DNA of 64,000 nucleotides from Escherichia coli O157:H7. Its GTDB lineage: Bacteria; Pseudomonadota; Gammaproteobacteria; Enterobacterales; Enterobacteriaceae. The DNA is taken from NCBI RefSeq assembly GCF_013167455.1, contig NZ_CP038328.1; one strand, given 5' to 3'. The position numbers were made by a program, and so were the translations under genes. Under the pieces are notes generated by a model, which made no database searches, had not been told where the DNA came from, and saw only the letters and a list, made by a program, of their open reading frames with translations. Of the stretch, positions 1 to 8,003 are shown piece after piece (position 1 is the first letter of the stretch; the number at the start of each line of letters is the position of its first letter).

Positions 1-333
1 TTCGGCACCGTCACCGAAGCGTTAGAACTTGATACAGCCAAGAATGGTTACATCCTCTTGGTTCAGGACGCAGAGCCAAACTTCGATGTAAATGGCAACT
101 CTCCGGGAACTCCGGATAGTTGGATAAGCTGTAGTGATCGAATGCCTGAAAAGGGCCAGAACGTGCTTATTTCAGTGAATTTCGATAGCTCTCTGGTTGA
201 ACCGCTAATATGCTCCGCACGCTATACCGGAAGCACCTTTCGGCGCGGAGATGCAACGATTAAGCCGGGTAATGGTATTGAGCAAGCAACTCACTGGATG
301 CCGCTACCGGAACCGCCGCAGGAGGTGAAGTGA
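1..333 (+). CDS. DUF551-like prophage protein, 5'-partial (reading frame is open to the window edge; track ORF 58..333 begins at TTG)
   Basis: Frame 1 has no stop from position 1; the product contains a W-I-S...SDRMPE motif typical of DUF551 prophage proteins; stop overlaps the next gene start (ATGA). Confidence 0.5.
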   Translation, partial: FGTVTEALELDTAKNGYILLVQDAEPNFDVNGNSPGTPDSWISCSDRMPEKGQNVLISVNFDSSLVEPLICSARYTGSTFRRGDATIKPGNGIEQATHWMPLPEPPQEVK

Positions 334-905
334 TGAACAACTTAATGATCGACCTTGAGACGATGGGGAAAAATAAGGATGCACCGATCGTTTCCATTGG
401 CGCGGTGTTCTTCACTCCAGAAACCGGAGACATCGGACAAGAATTCTATGCGGTTGTCAGCCTAGACAGTGCTATGAAGCAAGGAGCTACACCTGACGGC
501 GATACCATCCTGTGGTGGTTGAAACAAAGCCCTGAAGCGCGAGCTGCAATCTGTATTGATGATACTTTGTCGATCAGCGATGCTCTCTCAGAACTAAACC
601 ATTTCATTAACCGGCACGCAGACAATACGAAATATTTAAAAGTCTGGGGTAACGGGGCCACCTTCGACAACGTAATTTTACGTGGAGCTTACGAGCGAGC
701 AGGACAAATCTGCCCGTGGGCGTACTGGAATGACCACGATGTACGCACGATCGTTACGCTTGGGCGTTCCATCGGATTCGACCCCAAAATGGACATGCCT
801 TTCGATGGCGAACGGCACAACGCCCTGGCTGATGCCCGTCATCAGGCAAAATATGTTTCCGCTATCTGGCAGAAATTAATTCCTGCCACCAGCACAGAAT
901 TATGA
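330..905 (+). CDS. phage-type DnaQ-like 3'-5' exonuclease (about 190 aa)
   Basis: N-terminal MIDLETMG...PIVSIGAV is an Exo I motif of DEDD exonucleases; this size and context are common in lambdoid prophage early regions. Confidence 0.6.
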   Translation: MMNNLMIDLETMGKNKDAPIVSIGAVFFTPETGDIGQEFYAVVSLDSAMKQGATPDGDTILWWLKQSPEARAAICIDDTLSISDALSELNHFINRHADNTKYLKVWGNGATFDNVILRGAYERAGQICPWAYWNDHDVRTIVTLGRSIGFDPKMDMPFDGERHNALADARHQAKYVSAIWQKLIPATSTEL

Positions 906-914
906 TTTTCCCGG

Positions 915-1223
915 GTGCAGCCGGTTTTGATGGAGAAAATTATGAACACCTTGTTTTTACTGATGGCTGAATTCAATACCCCAAACATTGAACTCTCAGC
1001 AGTTAGCCAAAAGTACTTTGGTATGAGTCCAGCCACGGCAGAAGCAAAAGCAAACGCTTGTAAGTTGCCCGTTCCAACATATCGCATCGGCACATCACAA
1101 AAAGCAAAACGTTGCATCAATATTCAGGATCTTGCGGAATACATAGACAAAAGGCGAGAAGAAGGACGTATCGAGTGGGAACAGGTCAGAACAGTCAAAC
1201 AGAAGGGCAAAGAAAATCACTAA
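915..1223 (+). CDS. PrtN/excisionase-like small DNA-binding protein (true start may be an internal Met, MEKIMNTL or MNTLF)
   Basis: Product MNTLFLLMAEF...LPVPTYRIG resembles PrtN-family pyocin activator/excisionase-like proteins; followed by a strong hairpin. Confidence 0.45.
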   Translation: MQPVLMEKIMNTLFLLMAEFNTPNIELSAVSQKYFGMSPATAEAKANACKLPVPTYRIGTSQKAKRCINIQDLAEYIDKRREEGRIEWEQVRTVKQKGKENH

Positions 1224-1258
1224 AGAAAAAACCCGCCTGAAGGCGGGTTTTCAAAAAG
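1224..1258. terminator. intrinsic terminator hairpin (aacccgcctgaaggcgggtttt), potentially bidirectional
   Basis: Perfect GC-rich inverted repeat with flanking A/T tracts, between convergent gene sets. Confidence 0.55.
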
Positions 1259-1270
1259 CACCAGCTATGA

Positions 1271-1444
1271 TCATGCTGCTTTGAGACGACGAAGCTTACC
1301 CTGCTGCTCTTTACCAGAGACAGTAGCGTGAGTGAACGCATTAGGAGCAGCCTTCATCAGAACTTCAACAGCAGCACCCATACCTACGAATGCTTTCATT
1401 GTGTCGAACTTAACCTGTGGCTTGGTTGCTTTTTGATCTTCCAT
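1271..1444 (-). CDS. small hypothetical protein (about 57 aa), not in the ORF track
   Basis: ATG preceded by GGAG at 7 nt spacing; translation MEDQKATKPQVKFDTMKAFVGMGAAVEVLMKAAPNAFTHATVSGKEQQGKLRRLKAA; ends just upstream of the hairpin at 1224..1258. Confidence 0.3.
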   Translation of the reverse strand: MEDQKATKPQVKFDTMKAFVGMGAAVEVLMKAAPNAFTHATVSGKEQQGKLRRLKAA

Positions 1445-1483
1445 AGAAAACTCCAGAAGTTATACCGAAACAATTCCTGTTGT

Positions 1484-1903
1484 TTACTCATCATCAATAG
1501 ATGATACGCAATATTTATTTTTAAATTTAAGGTTCTTTGGCGTAACTTCATCAGAGATATCAAAACCGTCCAGAATTCTATTGAATGTAGCTTCTGGCAT
1601 ATCATCATGAACAGAAATCTCACCCGATCGCTGCTTTCTAACCATGTTATCCACTCGCCAAATTATAGCTTCAGCGTAAACAACATAACTTGGATGCTTG
1701 ATAAAGCGATGATCACCAGAATTCAAGACGCAAGACGGATCGTGGGGGACACCATCCTTGATACTAGAAATATTAACAACTAAAACACAATAACAATCGT
1801 TAACGGGGTAATAAACAGGATCATTACAAATCACATGAAGATGATTGCATGGTCCAGTTGGGGCAAGCACAGTTCCTTTCCTGTATGGCTGATAATCCGT
1901 CAT
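1484..1903 (-). CDS. hypothetical protein (139 aa), candidate toxin/effector partner of the upstream Panacea-like gene
   Basis: Start ATG overlaps the stop of the upstream gene (ATGA at 1900..1903); no recognisable family motif and no predicted TM segment. Confidence 0.5.
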   Translation of the reverse strand: MTDYQPYRKGTVLAPTGPCNHLHVICNDPVYYPVNDCYCVLVVNISSIKDGVPHDPSCVLNSGDHRFIKHPSYVVYAEAIIWRVDNMVRKQRSGEISVHDDMPEATFNRILDGFDISDEVTPKNLKFKNKYCVSSIDDE

Positions 1904-2472
1904 GATAATTGCAAAGAAAATTCCTTAAGTTTCTGAGATTCTTCCATTTTGCCAATTATGCGATTAGCCTCATCCTCGCTTTTACCCTCACTGATCAGCA
2001 TTTCTTTCAGGTCTATAGGCTTACGAGAATTGCCAGGATCGTGCCACTCTGGACAAACGCTTTCTAAATGCGTCATATTTGCGAGATCAAATCGGTTCAT
2101 ATGCCCATACCGAGAATAGATTTCATCTAAAATCCGGATATCTGCACGACTCAATTCATCAAAGACCTCGTCTGCATCCATTTCCCTCGGATCTGAACGC
2201 AACGATACATTATGCCCGTTCGTCTCTATCAAGTTGTACCAGTAGTCACCAATGCCTTCAGCCTTACCGCGAATCAAGTTCAGCGTATTCGACATGACTG
2301 GTCCAAATTTCATAGAGTAAAGGCTATCTTCGCCGATCATCCTGCCATGCTTCAAAATCGACTGGCGGTTAGACAGATAGAGCAGCTTCATCAATTTCAG
2401 ATATGCCATGCGCCCACCTCTCTTAAGAAGTAGGTATGCAGCCATTTGAGCTACTTTTTCTTCGCAAAACAT
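1900..2472 (-). CDS. Panacea (DUF4065; SocA/GepA-like) domain protein, candidate antitoxin
   Basis: N-terminal pattern YLKLMKLLYLSNR...SLYSMKFGPV matches the LKLQKLLYxA...GPV hallmark of Panacea/GepA phage-associated proteins (from memory, not searched); GAGG SD upstream. Confidence 0.5.
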   Translation of the reverse strand: MFCEEKVAQMAAYLLLKRGGRMAYLKLMKLLYLSNRQSILKHGRMIGEDSLYSMKFGPVMSNTLNLIRGKAEGIGDYWYNLIETNGHNVSLRSDPREMDADEVFDELSRADIRILDEIYSRYGHMNRFDLANMTHLESVCPEWHDPGNSRKPIDLKEMLISEGKSEDEANRIIGKMEESQKLKEFSLQLS

Positions 2473-3119
2473 ATAAGAAACCTCAAAGATAGTGAACTTT
2501 ATAATTATTCTCGATACTTCATGGGTTGCTTCATCACCAACATGAGCTTCTTATGGTGTGCCCACTTGGGCCTAAGCAACCAGTTACCTCGTTTGTCAAG
2601 TTTATAGCTGGCTTTAACCATGGTCAATTGAAGTGATGAGCAAATGATGCTTTCTAAGAATAACAGGTTCCCAATAGGCTCCCACAAAGTGCATAACTAG
2701 TTGTTTTTCAAAAACGGTACATCCTATCGAGCATTGGTGCAACGCTAAACCGACCACTCCAGTGAACGTCAGTTTTTTCAGGCATTGCGCTGGTTTGGTT
2801 GATTTTTTGCATTTCAGAATTACCGTGCATTTTCAAATGTAGAGATTATTTTATCGATATATCATGTGGTTATGTTATTCAGCATCACTGTTCAGGAGGC
2901 TCAATAACGGGGTACTATACCATAACAACAGGAAGCGCCTGTCTCATTGCAAAAGAAAATTGAGATCCTCTCAAGGCATGAAGCTCTCACGAAGTGAATA
3001 TCTAATCTTATTAGATGTTAGCGTTGTGAAAAGCAATGATAAACAATACAGATTCGACGATAAATAAAAATCACACATTAAACTCCGGTGATATCTCTCC
3101 CTGCTAATAGCACTGATAG

Positions 3120-3156
3120 AGAAAAAAAGAACCCAATAAACATTGGGTTCTTTTAT
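3120..3156 (-). terminator. intrinsic terminator for the 318-aa gene (gaacccaat-N-attgggttc followed by a T-run on the minus strand)
   Basis: Inverted repeat plus poly-A on the plus strand immediately downstream of the minus-strand stop at 3192. Confidence 0.5.
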
Positions 3157-3191
3157 GTAATACCTTTCATACCATCGAAGAACTTCACATA

Positions 3192-4148
3192 TTATTTCTC
3201 CGATTTAACCCCGAATAAATCATAAATTAATTTAGAAGTGCCTGTATATATTTTAATCTTTTCCTTTGAGTTTGGGTCAAACGACTTAGCAAAGTCAATT
3301 AATTTCGGTGCAGCATCTCGCATTTTGCTTAAAATATCAGGGGCGAGCGTTCCTTCATTCACCAGATGTGACATCTTATCCAGATAGCCATCAAAATTCA
3401 TTTCTCCCCCATCTGCCAGACGCTTCATCTCTCCCAGGTACTTCTTCATATCACGTTGAGATAATTCTTCAAACTGAGCTTTCAGGTAGTTATCATTATA
3501 TTCATTAATATTCACTCTTCCTGCAAAATCTGAGTAGACACTAGAATATGAAAGGGAAATTAACAGCGAAGCAAATAATTTTAAGCTGTTGTCATCATGT
3601 TCCTGGCAGGCATTAACAAACGTTAAGAAACCAGAACCTATTGCTTGCAAATGTATATTCGCTAAAGGTTCATTATCTTTAGATTCCTCATAAAATAGCT
3701 GAACCGTGGAGGGAAGACCATTCTTGGTTTCTACATCAAAAGTACATCGTTCTATGAGTGTCGCATCTTTATTATCCTCGGGATTACATATACTATTAAT
3801 CGCGAAATGAAAAATAGCCCTGTCAACAACTGATGCAATAAATTCACGATCGTTTAATTCCTCATCAGTACAATCTCCAATATACTCATTGACACACATT
3901 TTGAGATCGTTTATTTGCTTAATTAACGTCACATTTTTTTCACGTGCAGTCCATAAATTATGAGTGATTCTTTGAATAAATAAATCTATTTTTGCAATAA
4001 TTATATCCCGATGACGCATCGTTGAATAATCAATAGATTTACCATATATACTATTTACTTTACCTTTGATTGCATCTTCATTATCGAATTGATTTGAATT
4101 GAGTGTTTTATTAAAGTATCCTGTTGCACCGGGTATTATCTTTAACAT
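3192..4148 (-). CDS. hypothetical protein, 318 aa, AT-rich; possibly the intact form of the yjbL+yjbM locus
   Basis: Long uninterrupted ORF with its own terminator and an AT-rich divergent promoter region shared with zur; no family recognised. Confidence 0.6.
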   Translation of the reverse strand: MLKIIPGATGYFNKTLNSNQFDNEDAIKGKVNSIYGKSIDYSTMRHRDIIIAKIDLFIQRITHNLWTAREKNVTLIKQINDLKMCVNEYIGDCTDEELNDREFIASVVDRAIFHFAINSICNPEDNKDATLIERCTFDVETKNGLPSTVQLFYEESKDNEPLANIHLQAIGSGFLTFVNACQEHDDNSLKLFASLLISLSYSSVYSDFAGRVNINEYNDNYLKAQFEELSQRDMKKYLGEMKRLADGGEMNFDGYLDKMSHLVNEGTLAPDILSKMRDAAPKLIDFAKSFDPNSKEKIKIYTGTSKLIYDLFGVKSEK

Positions 4149-4466
4149 GATTCATCTACCTTTTTTGTCGTACCGTGTCCTCCTTATAAGTGTTTTTGGA
4201 ACCGGTAACTATCAAAAATCGCTCATAATTTTCTGAAATTCGGGTATACGATTAGCCACGGTTAAATAAATAGCGAGTTAACTTGAAGCAATTTATTTAA
4301 AAATGAATTATTAATTATTATCGTGTTGATAATGGTACTGCCAGGCAACACAACATCTTACCTACAAAACAGAAAAGCAACATTACGGCAACAATAAGGG
4401 TTCTCGGTGTTTTTCCTGGAACATGGTAAAGTAAGGACATTCTTAACCCCCACTTTGAGGTGCCCG

Positions 4467-4982
4467 ATGGAAAAGACCACAACGCAGGAGTTATTAGCGC
4501 AGGCTGACAAAATCTGCGCGCAGCGTAATGTGCGCCTGACCCCACAGCGCCTGGAAGTGTTGCGCCTGATGAGTCTGCAGGATGGCGCTATCAGCGCTTA
4601 TGATCTGCTTGATTTGCTGCGCGAAGCTGAACCGCAAGCCAAGCCGCCAACGGTTTATCGCGCGCTGGATTTTCTGCTTGAGCAAGGTTTTGTGCATAAG
4701 GTGGAATCCACCAACAGTTATGTGCTCTGCCATCTGTTCGACCAGCCCACCCATACGTCAGCTATGTTTATTTGCGATCGCTGCGGCGCGGTGAAAGAAG
4801 AATGTGCTGAAGGCGTGGAAGACATCATGCATACGCTGGCGGCAAAAATGGGGTTTGCCCTGCGGCATAATGTGATTGAAGCACATGGGCTCTGTGCGGC
4901 ATGCGTGGAAGTGGAAGCGTGTCGTCATCCTGAACAGTGCCAGCATGATCACTCTGTGCAGGTGAAAAAGAAACCGCGTTAA
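4467..4982 (+). CDS. zur: zinc uptake regulator Zur (Fur family)
   Basis: Product MEKTTTQELLAQADKICAQRNVRLTPQRLEVL... recognised as Zur; GAGG SD upstream; start is the internal Met of track ORF 4407..4982. Confidence 0.9.
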   Translation: MEKTTTQELLAQADKICAQRNVRLTPQRLEVLRLMSLQDGAISAYDLLDLLREAEPQAKPPTVYRALDFLLEQGFVHKVESTNSYVLCHLFDQPTHTSAMFICDRCGAVKEECAEGVEDIMHTLAAKMGFALRHNVIEAHGLCAACVEVEACRHPEQCQHDHSVQVKKKPR

Positions 4983-5023
4983 GAGGGCGTACATCCTTGT
5001 ACACGTCGGGCAGGAGGGATTAA

Positions 5024-5233
5024 TTACCAGCGATATTCATTGCGGGTTTCCCAATCCACGACCTCTTTTTCTGCCTGATCTTTCTGATAACCATAACGTT
5101 CCTGGATTTTACCGACCAGTTGATCACGTTTACCTTCAATGATCGTCATATCATCATCGGTCAGTTTGCCCCATTGCTCTTTCACTTTACCTTTAAACTG
5201 TTTCCAGTTACCGCCGGCTTCATCTTTATTCAT
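5024..5233 (-). CDS. yjbJ: CsbD-like stress protein YjbJ
   Basis: 69-aa product MNKDEAGGNWKQFKGKVKEQWGKLTDDD...; position between zur and dinF. Confidence 0.85.
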   Translation of the reverse strand: MNKDEAGGNWKQFKGKVKEQWGKLTDDDMTIIEGKRDQLVGKIQERYGYQKDQAEKEVVDWETRNEYRW

Positions 5234-5348
5234 AATCAAGACCTCATCGTTAGGTTGTGAATGAGAGTACGTTCACTTTTCTTCTGAACGTGAGATTAAG
5301 TGTAGTCAGCAATTTGGCTTAGGATTATTTATTCAGAATTTTTAACCG

Positions 5349-6728
5349 TCACGTTGCGGCAAACCAGGTACCGTTGCGCCAGTGACGCCGCCAGATAGCT
5401 GCCAGAGAAAGCCCGCGCAACGCCAGAAAGACGGTTAACGCCAACCACAAACCATGATTACCCAGCCACGGCAGCGTAAGGAGCGTCAGCGCAAAACCTG
5501 CGGCGGCCACCGCCATACTGTTACGCATTTCAGCAGCACGCGTTGCGCCTATAAACATGCCGTCCAGCAGATAACACCAGACGCCGACCAACGGCAAAAT
5601 CACCTGCCAGATAAGATAGCGGTCGGCCAGCTGCTGAATCTGGGTTAACGACGCCAGTAACGCAATGATGTGTTCCCCTGCCAGCAAATAAACCACCGAA
5701 AACAGTAACGCTACGATCCCCGACTGGCGGCATGCTGCCCGCCAGACATCCAGCAACTGGCTACCGTCGCGCGCACCGTATGCCTGACCGGAATGTGCTT
5801 CAACCGCGTAGGCAAAACCGTCCAGCGCATAGGCGGTAAAGGTGAGTAGCGTCATCAGAACCGCGTTAACAGCGATAATGTCACTCCCCAGTCGCGCGCC
5901 AAGTACGGTGATCGCGCCGAAACAGAGTTGCAACAACAGCGAGCGCAGCATGATATCGCGGTTAAGTGCCAGCAAGCGACGGAAGTTTCCTCGCCAGGAA
6001 GTTTTCAGCATTTCGCCGGAGATTCCGCGTAGTTTGAGGATTTTACGCACCATTAGCAGACCAATCAGCAATGTTGCATATTCCGCAATAACCGTCGCCA
6101 GCGCCGCGCCCCGCACGTTCATATGCAGTCCCATCACCAGCCAGACATCCAGCACAATGTTGAGGATATTGCCGACCACTAACAAAATTACTGGCGCACG
6201 GGCATATTGCACGCCGAGTAACCAACCAAGTAATACCAGATTCGCCAGCGACGCCGGTGCGCTTAACCAGCGGATTTCAAGAAAGCGCCGCGCCTGTTCC
6301 AGGACTGCTTCACTACCGCCAACAATATGCAGCGCCAGATCGATAATCGGCGTACGCAGCAGCGCAATTAACGCCCCAGCCCCCAACGCCAACAGCAAAG
6401 GTTGCACCAGCGCACGGGCTAATGCCTGAGGATTTTTGGCACCATAAGCCTGCGCAGTCAGCCCGGTGGTGCTCATGCGTAAAAACAGCAACAGCATAAA
6501 GAGAAAGCTGGTCGCCGTTGCACCAACCGCCACGCCGCCCAAATAAACCGGACTATCAAGATGACCAATAACCGCCGTATCGACCAGTCCCAGCAACGGA
6601 ACAGTGATATTGGAGAAAATCATGGGTAAGGCGAGATGCCAAAGTGCTTTATCAGATGAAGTGAGGAATGCCATGCAGACAAGCCTGATGAAGAGAGATG
6701 AAAAACAAACCGCGACGCCAAGCGGCAT
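5349..6728 (-). CDS. dinF: MATE-family efflux protein DinF (SOS-induced)
   Basis: 459-aa polytopic membrane protein immediately downstream of lexA on the same strand. Confidence 0.9.
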   Translation of the reverse strand: MPLGVAVCFSSLFIRLVCMAFLTSSDKALWHLALPMIFSNITVPLLGLVDTAVIGHLDSPVYLGGVAVGATATSFLFMLLLFLRMSTTGLTAQAYGAKNPQALARALVQPLLLALGAGALIALLRTPIIDLALHIVGGSEAVLEQARRFLEIRWLSAPASLANLVLLGWLLGVQYARAPVILLVVGNILNIVLDVWLVMGLHMNVRGAALATVIAEYATLLIGLLMVRKILKLRGISGEMLKTSWRGNFRRLLALNRDIMLRSLLLQLCFGAITVLGARLGSDIIAVNAVLMTLLTFTAYALDGFAYAVEAHSGQAYGARDGSQLLDVWRAACRQSGIVALLFSVVYLLAGEHIIALLASLTQIQQLADRYLIWQVILPLVGVWCYLLDGMFIGATRAAEMRNSMAVAAAGFALTLLTLPWLGNHGLWLALTVFLALRGLSLAAIWRRHWRNGTWFAAT

Positions 6729-6746
6729 CGCGGTCTCAGAGATATG

Positions 6747-7355
6747 TTACAGCCAGTCGCCGTTGCGAATAACGCCAACCGCCAGCCCTTCAATGGTGAA
6801 GCTCTGCTGACGAAGGTCAACGACAATTGGTTTAAACTCGCTATTTTCTGGCAACAGTTCGACTTTATTGCCCTGTTTTTTCAGGCGCTTAACGGTAACT
6901 TCGTCATCAATACGTGCGACAACGACCTGACCGTTACGTACATCCTGAGTTTTATGCACTGCCAGCAAGTCGCCATCCATAATGCCGATATCTTTCATCG
7001 ACATCCCGCTGACGCGCAGCAGGAAATCAGCATTCGGCTTGAACAAGGAAGGATCGACCTGATAATGACCTTCAATATGCTGTTGCGCCAGAAGCGGTTC
7101 ACCGGCAGCCACACGACCTACCAGTGGCAACCCTTCTTCCTCTTCCTGCAACAGACGAATCCCGCGTGATGCGCCGGAAACAATTTCAATTACGCCTTTG
7201 CGTGCCAGCGCCTTCAGATGTTCTTCAGCCGCGTTTGGGGAACGGAACCCCAAACGCTGCGCGATTTCCGCACGCGTCGGCGGCATACCTGTCTGGCTGA
7301 TGTGATCACGGATGAGATCAAACACCTCTTGTTGCCTGGCCGTTAACGCTTTCAT
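6747..7355 (-). CDS. lexA: LexA repressor
   Basis: 202-aa product [54 protein letters not shown]... Confidence 0.97.
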   Translation of the reverse strand: MKALTARQQEVFDLIRDHISQTGMPPTRAEIAQRLGFRSPNAAEEHLKALARKGVIEIVSGASRGIRLLQEEEEGLPLVGRVAAGEPLLAQQHIEGHYQVDPSLFKPNADFLLRVSGMSMKDIGIMDGDLLAVHKTQDVRNGQVVVARIDDEVTVKRLKKQGNKVELLPENSEFKPIVVDLRQQSFTIEGLAVGVIRNGDWL

Positions 7356-7363
7356 TCCGCCCC

Positions 7364-7400
7364 CTGGGTGTATATACAGTTATGCTGTGAGTATATACAG
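7364..7400 (-). promoter_or_regulatory. two LexA SOS boxes in the lexA promoter (CTGTATATACTCACAG and CTGTATATACACCCAG on the minus strand)
   Basis: CTGT-N8-ACAG palindromes directly upstream of the lexA start. Confidence 0.85.
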
Positions 7401-7464
7401 CAAAAGGCGATTTTGGAACCATAAACTGCACAATAAACCAGAGATTTATCGAATTCTGGAAGGG

Positions 7465-7833
7465 TTATCCAAAATGCGACCATAACAGGATGCACCAGGT
7501 AATCACGGCGACGATAATCGCAATCAGCACCGCGGCGGATCCCATATCTTTAGCGCGTCCGGAAAGCTCATGGTATTCAGAGCCAATTCGGTCAACCACT
7601 GCTTCGATGGCGCTATTGAGGATTTCCACAATCATCACCAGCATCACGGAGCTGATAAGCAGCACGCGGGTAATCGCGTCCACATCCAGCCAGCAGGCGA
7701 TGACCACCGCCAACAATACCGCTACGCCTTCCTGACGGAATGCCGCTTCGTTGATCCATGCAGCGCGTAAACCTTTCCAGGAATAGCCAGCAGCTTTGAT
7801 TATTCGGGTGAATCCAGTGGTATTATTGGCCAT
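7465..7833 (-). CDS. dgkA: diacylglycerol kinase
   Basis: 122-aa membrane protein MANNTTGFTRIIKAAGYSWKGLRAAWINEAAFRQEG... Confidence 0.9.
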   Translation of the reverse strand: MANNTTGFTRIIKAAGYSWKGLRAAWINEAAFRQEGVAVLLAVVIACWLDVDAITRVLLISSVMLVMIVEILNSAIEAVVDRIGSEYHELSGRAKDMGSAAVLIAIIVAVITWCILLWSHFG

Positions 7834-8003
7834 TGAAAGAACCTTTTTACATTATGAGCGTCAATATCAGTGTACCGTTAAATCCGATGATTCGGGTTTG
7901 CGTAACGCCGCGCGAAACATGAGCGGATACCACAGAATTTCCCATGACTTTCTGCTATCCTTGCCGCGCATTTGCATTATTAACCAGAGGCTTTACATCG
8001 TTT

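Noticed and set aside
2505-2687. 60-codon minus-strand ORF just upstream of the Panacea-like gene
   Set aside because: It starts at TTG with a stop codon immediately upstream in frame, has no SD, and no recognisable product; most likely chance ORF within the promoter region.
4149-4466. Possible Zur box or sRNA in the AT-rich region between the 318-aa gene and zur
   Set aside because: I could not pick out a convincing palindromic Zur-type operator or a terminator-bounded small RNA by eye; it is treated as a divergent promoter region only.
5842-6429. 195-aa plus-strand ORF
   Set aside because: Lies wholly antisense inside dinF; Ser/Arg-rich low-complexity translation typical of antisense frames in GC-rich genes.
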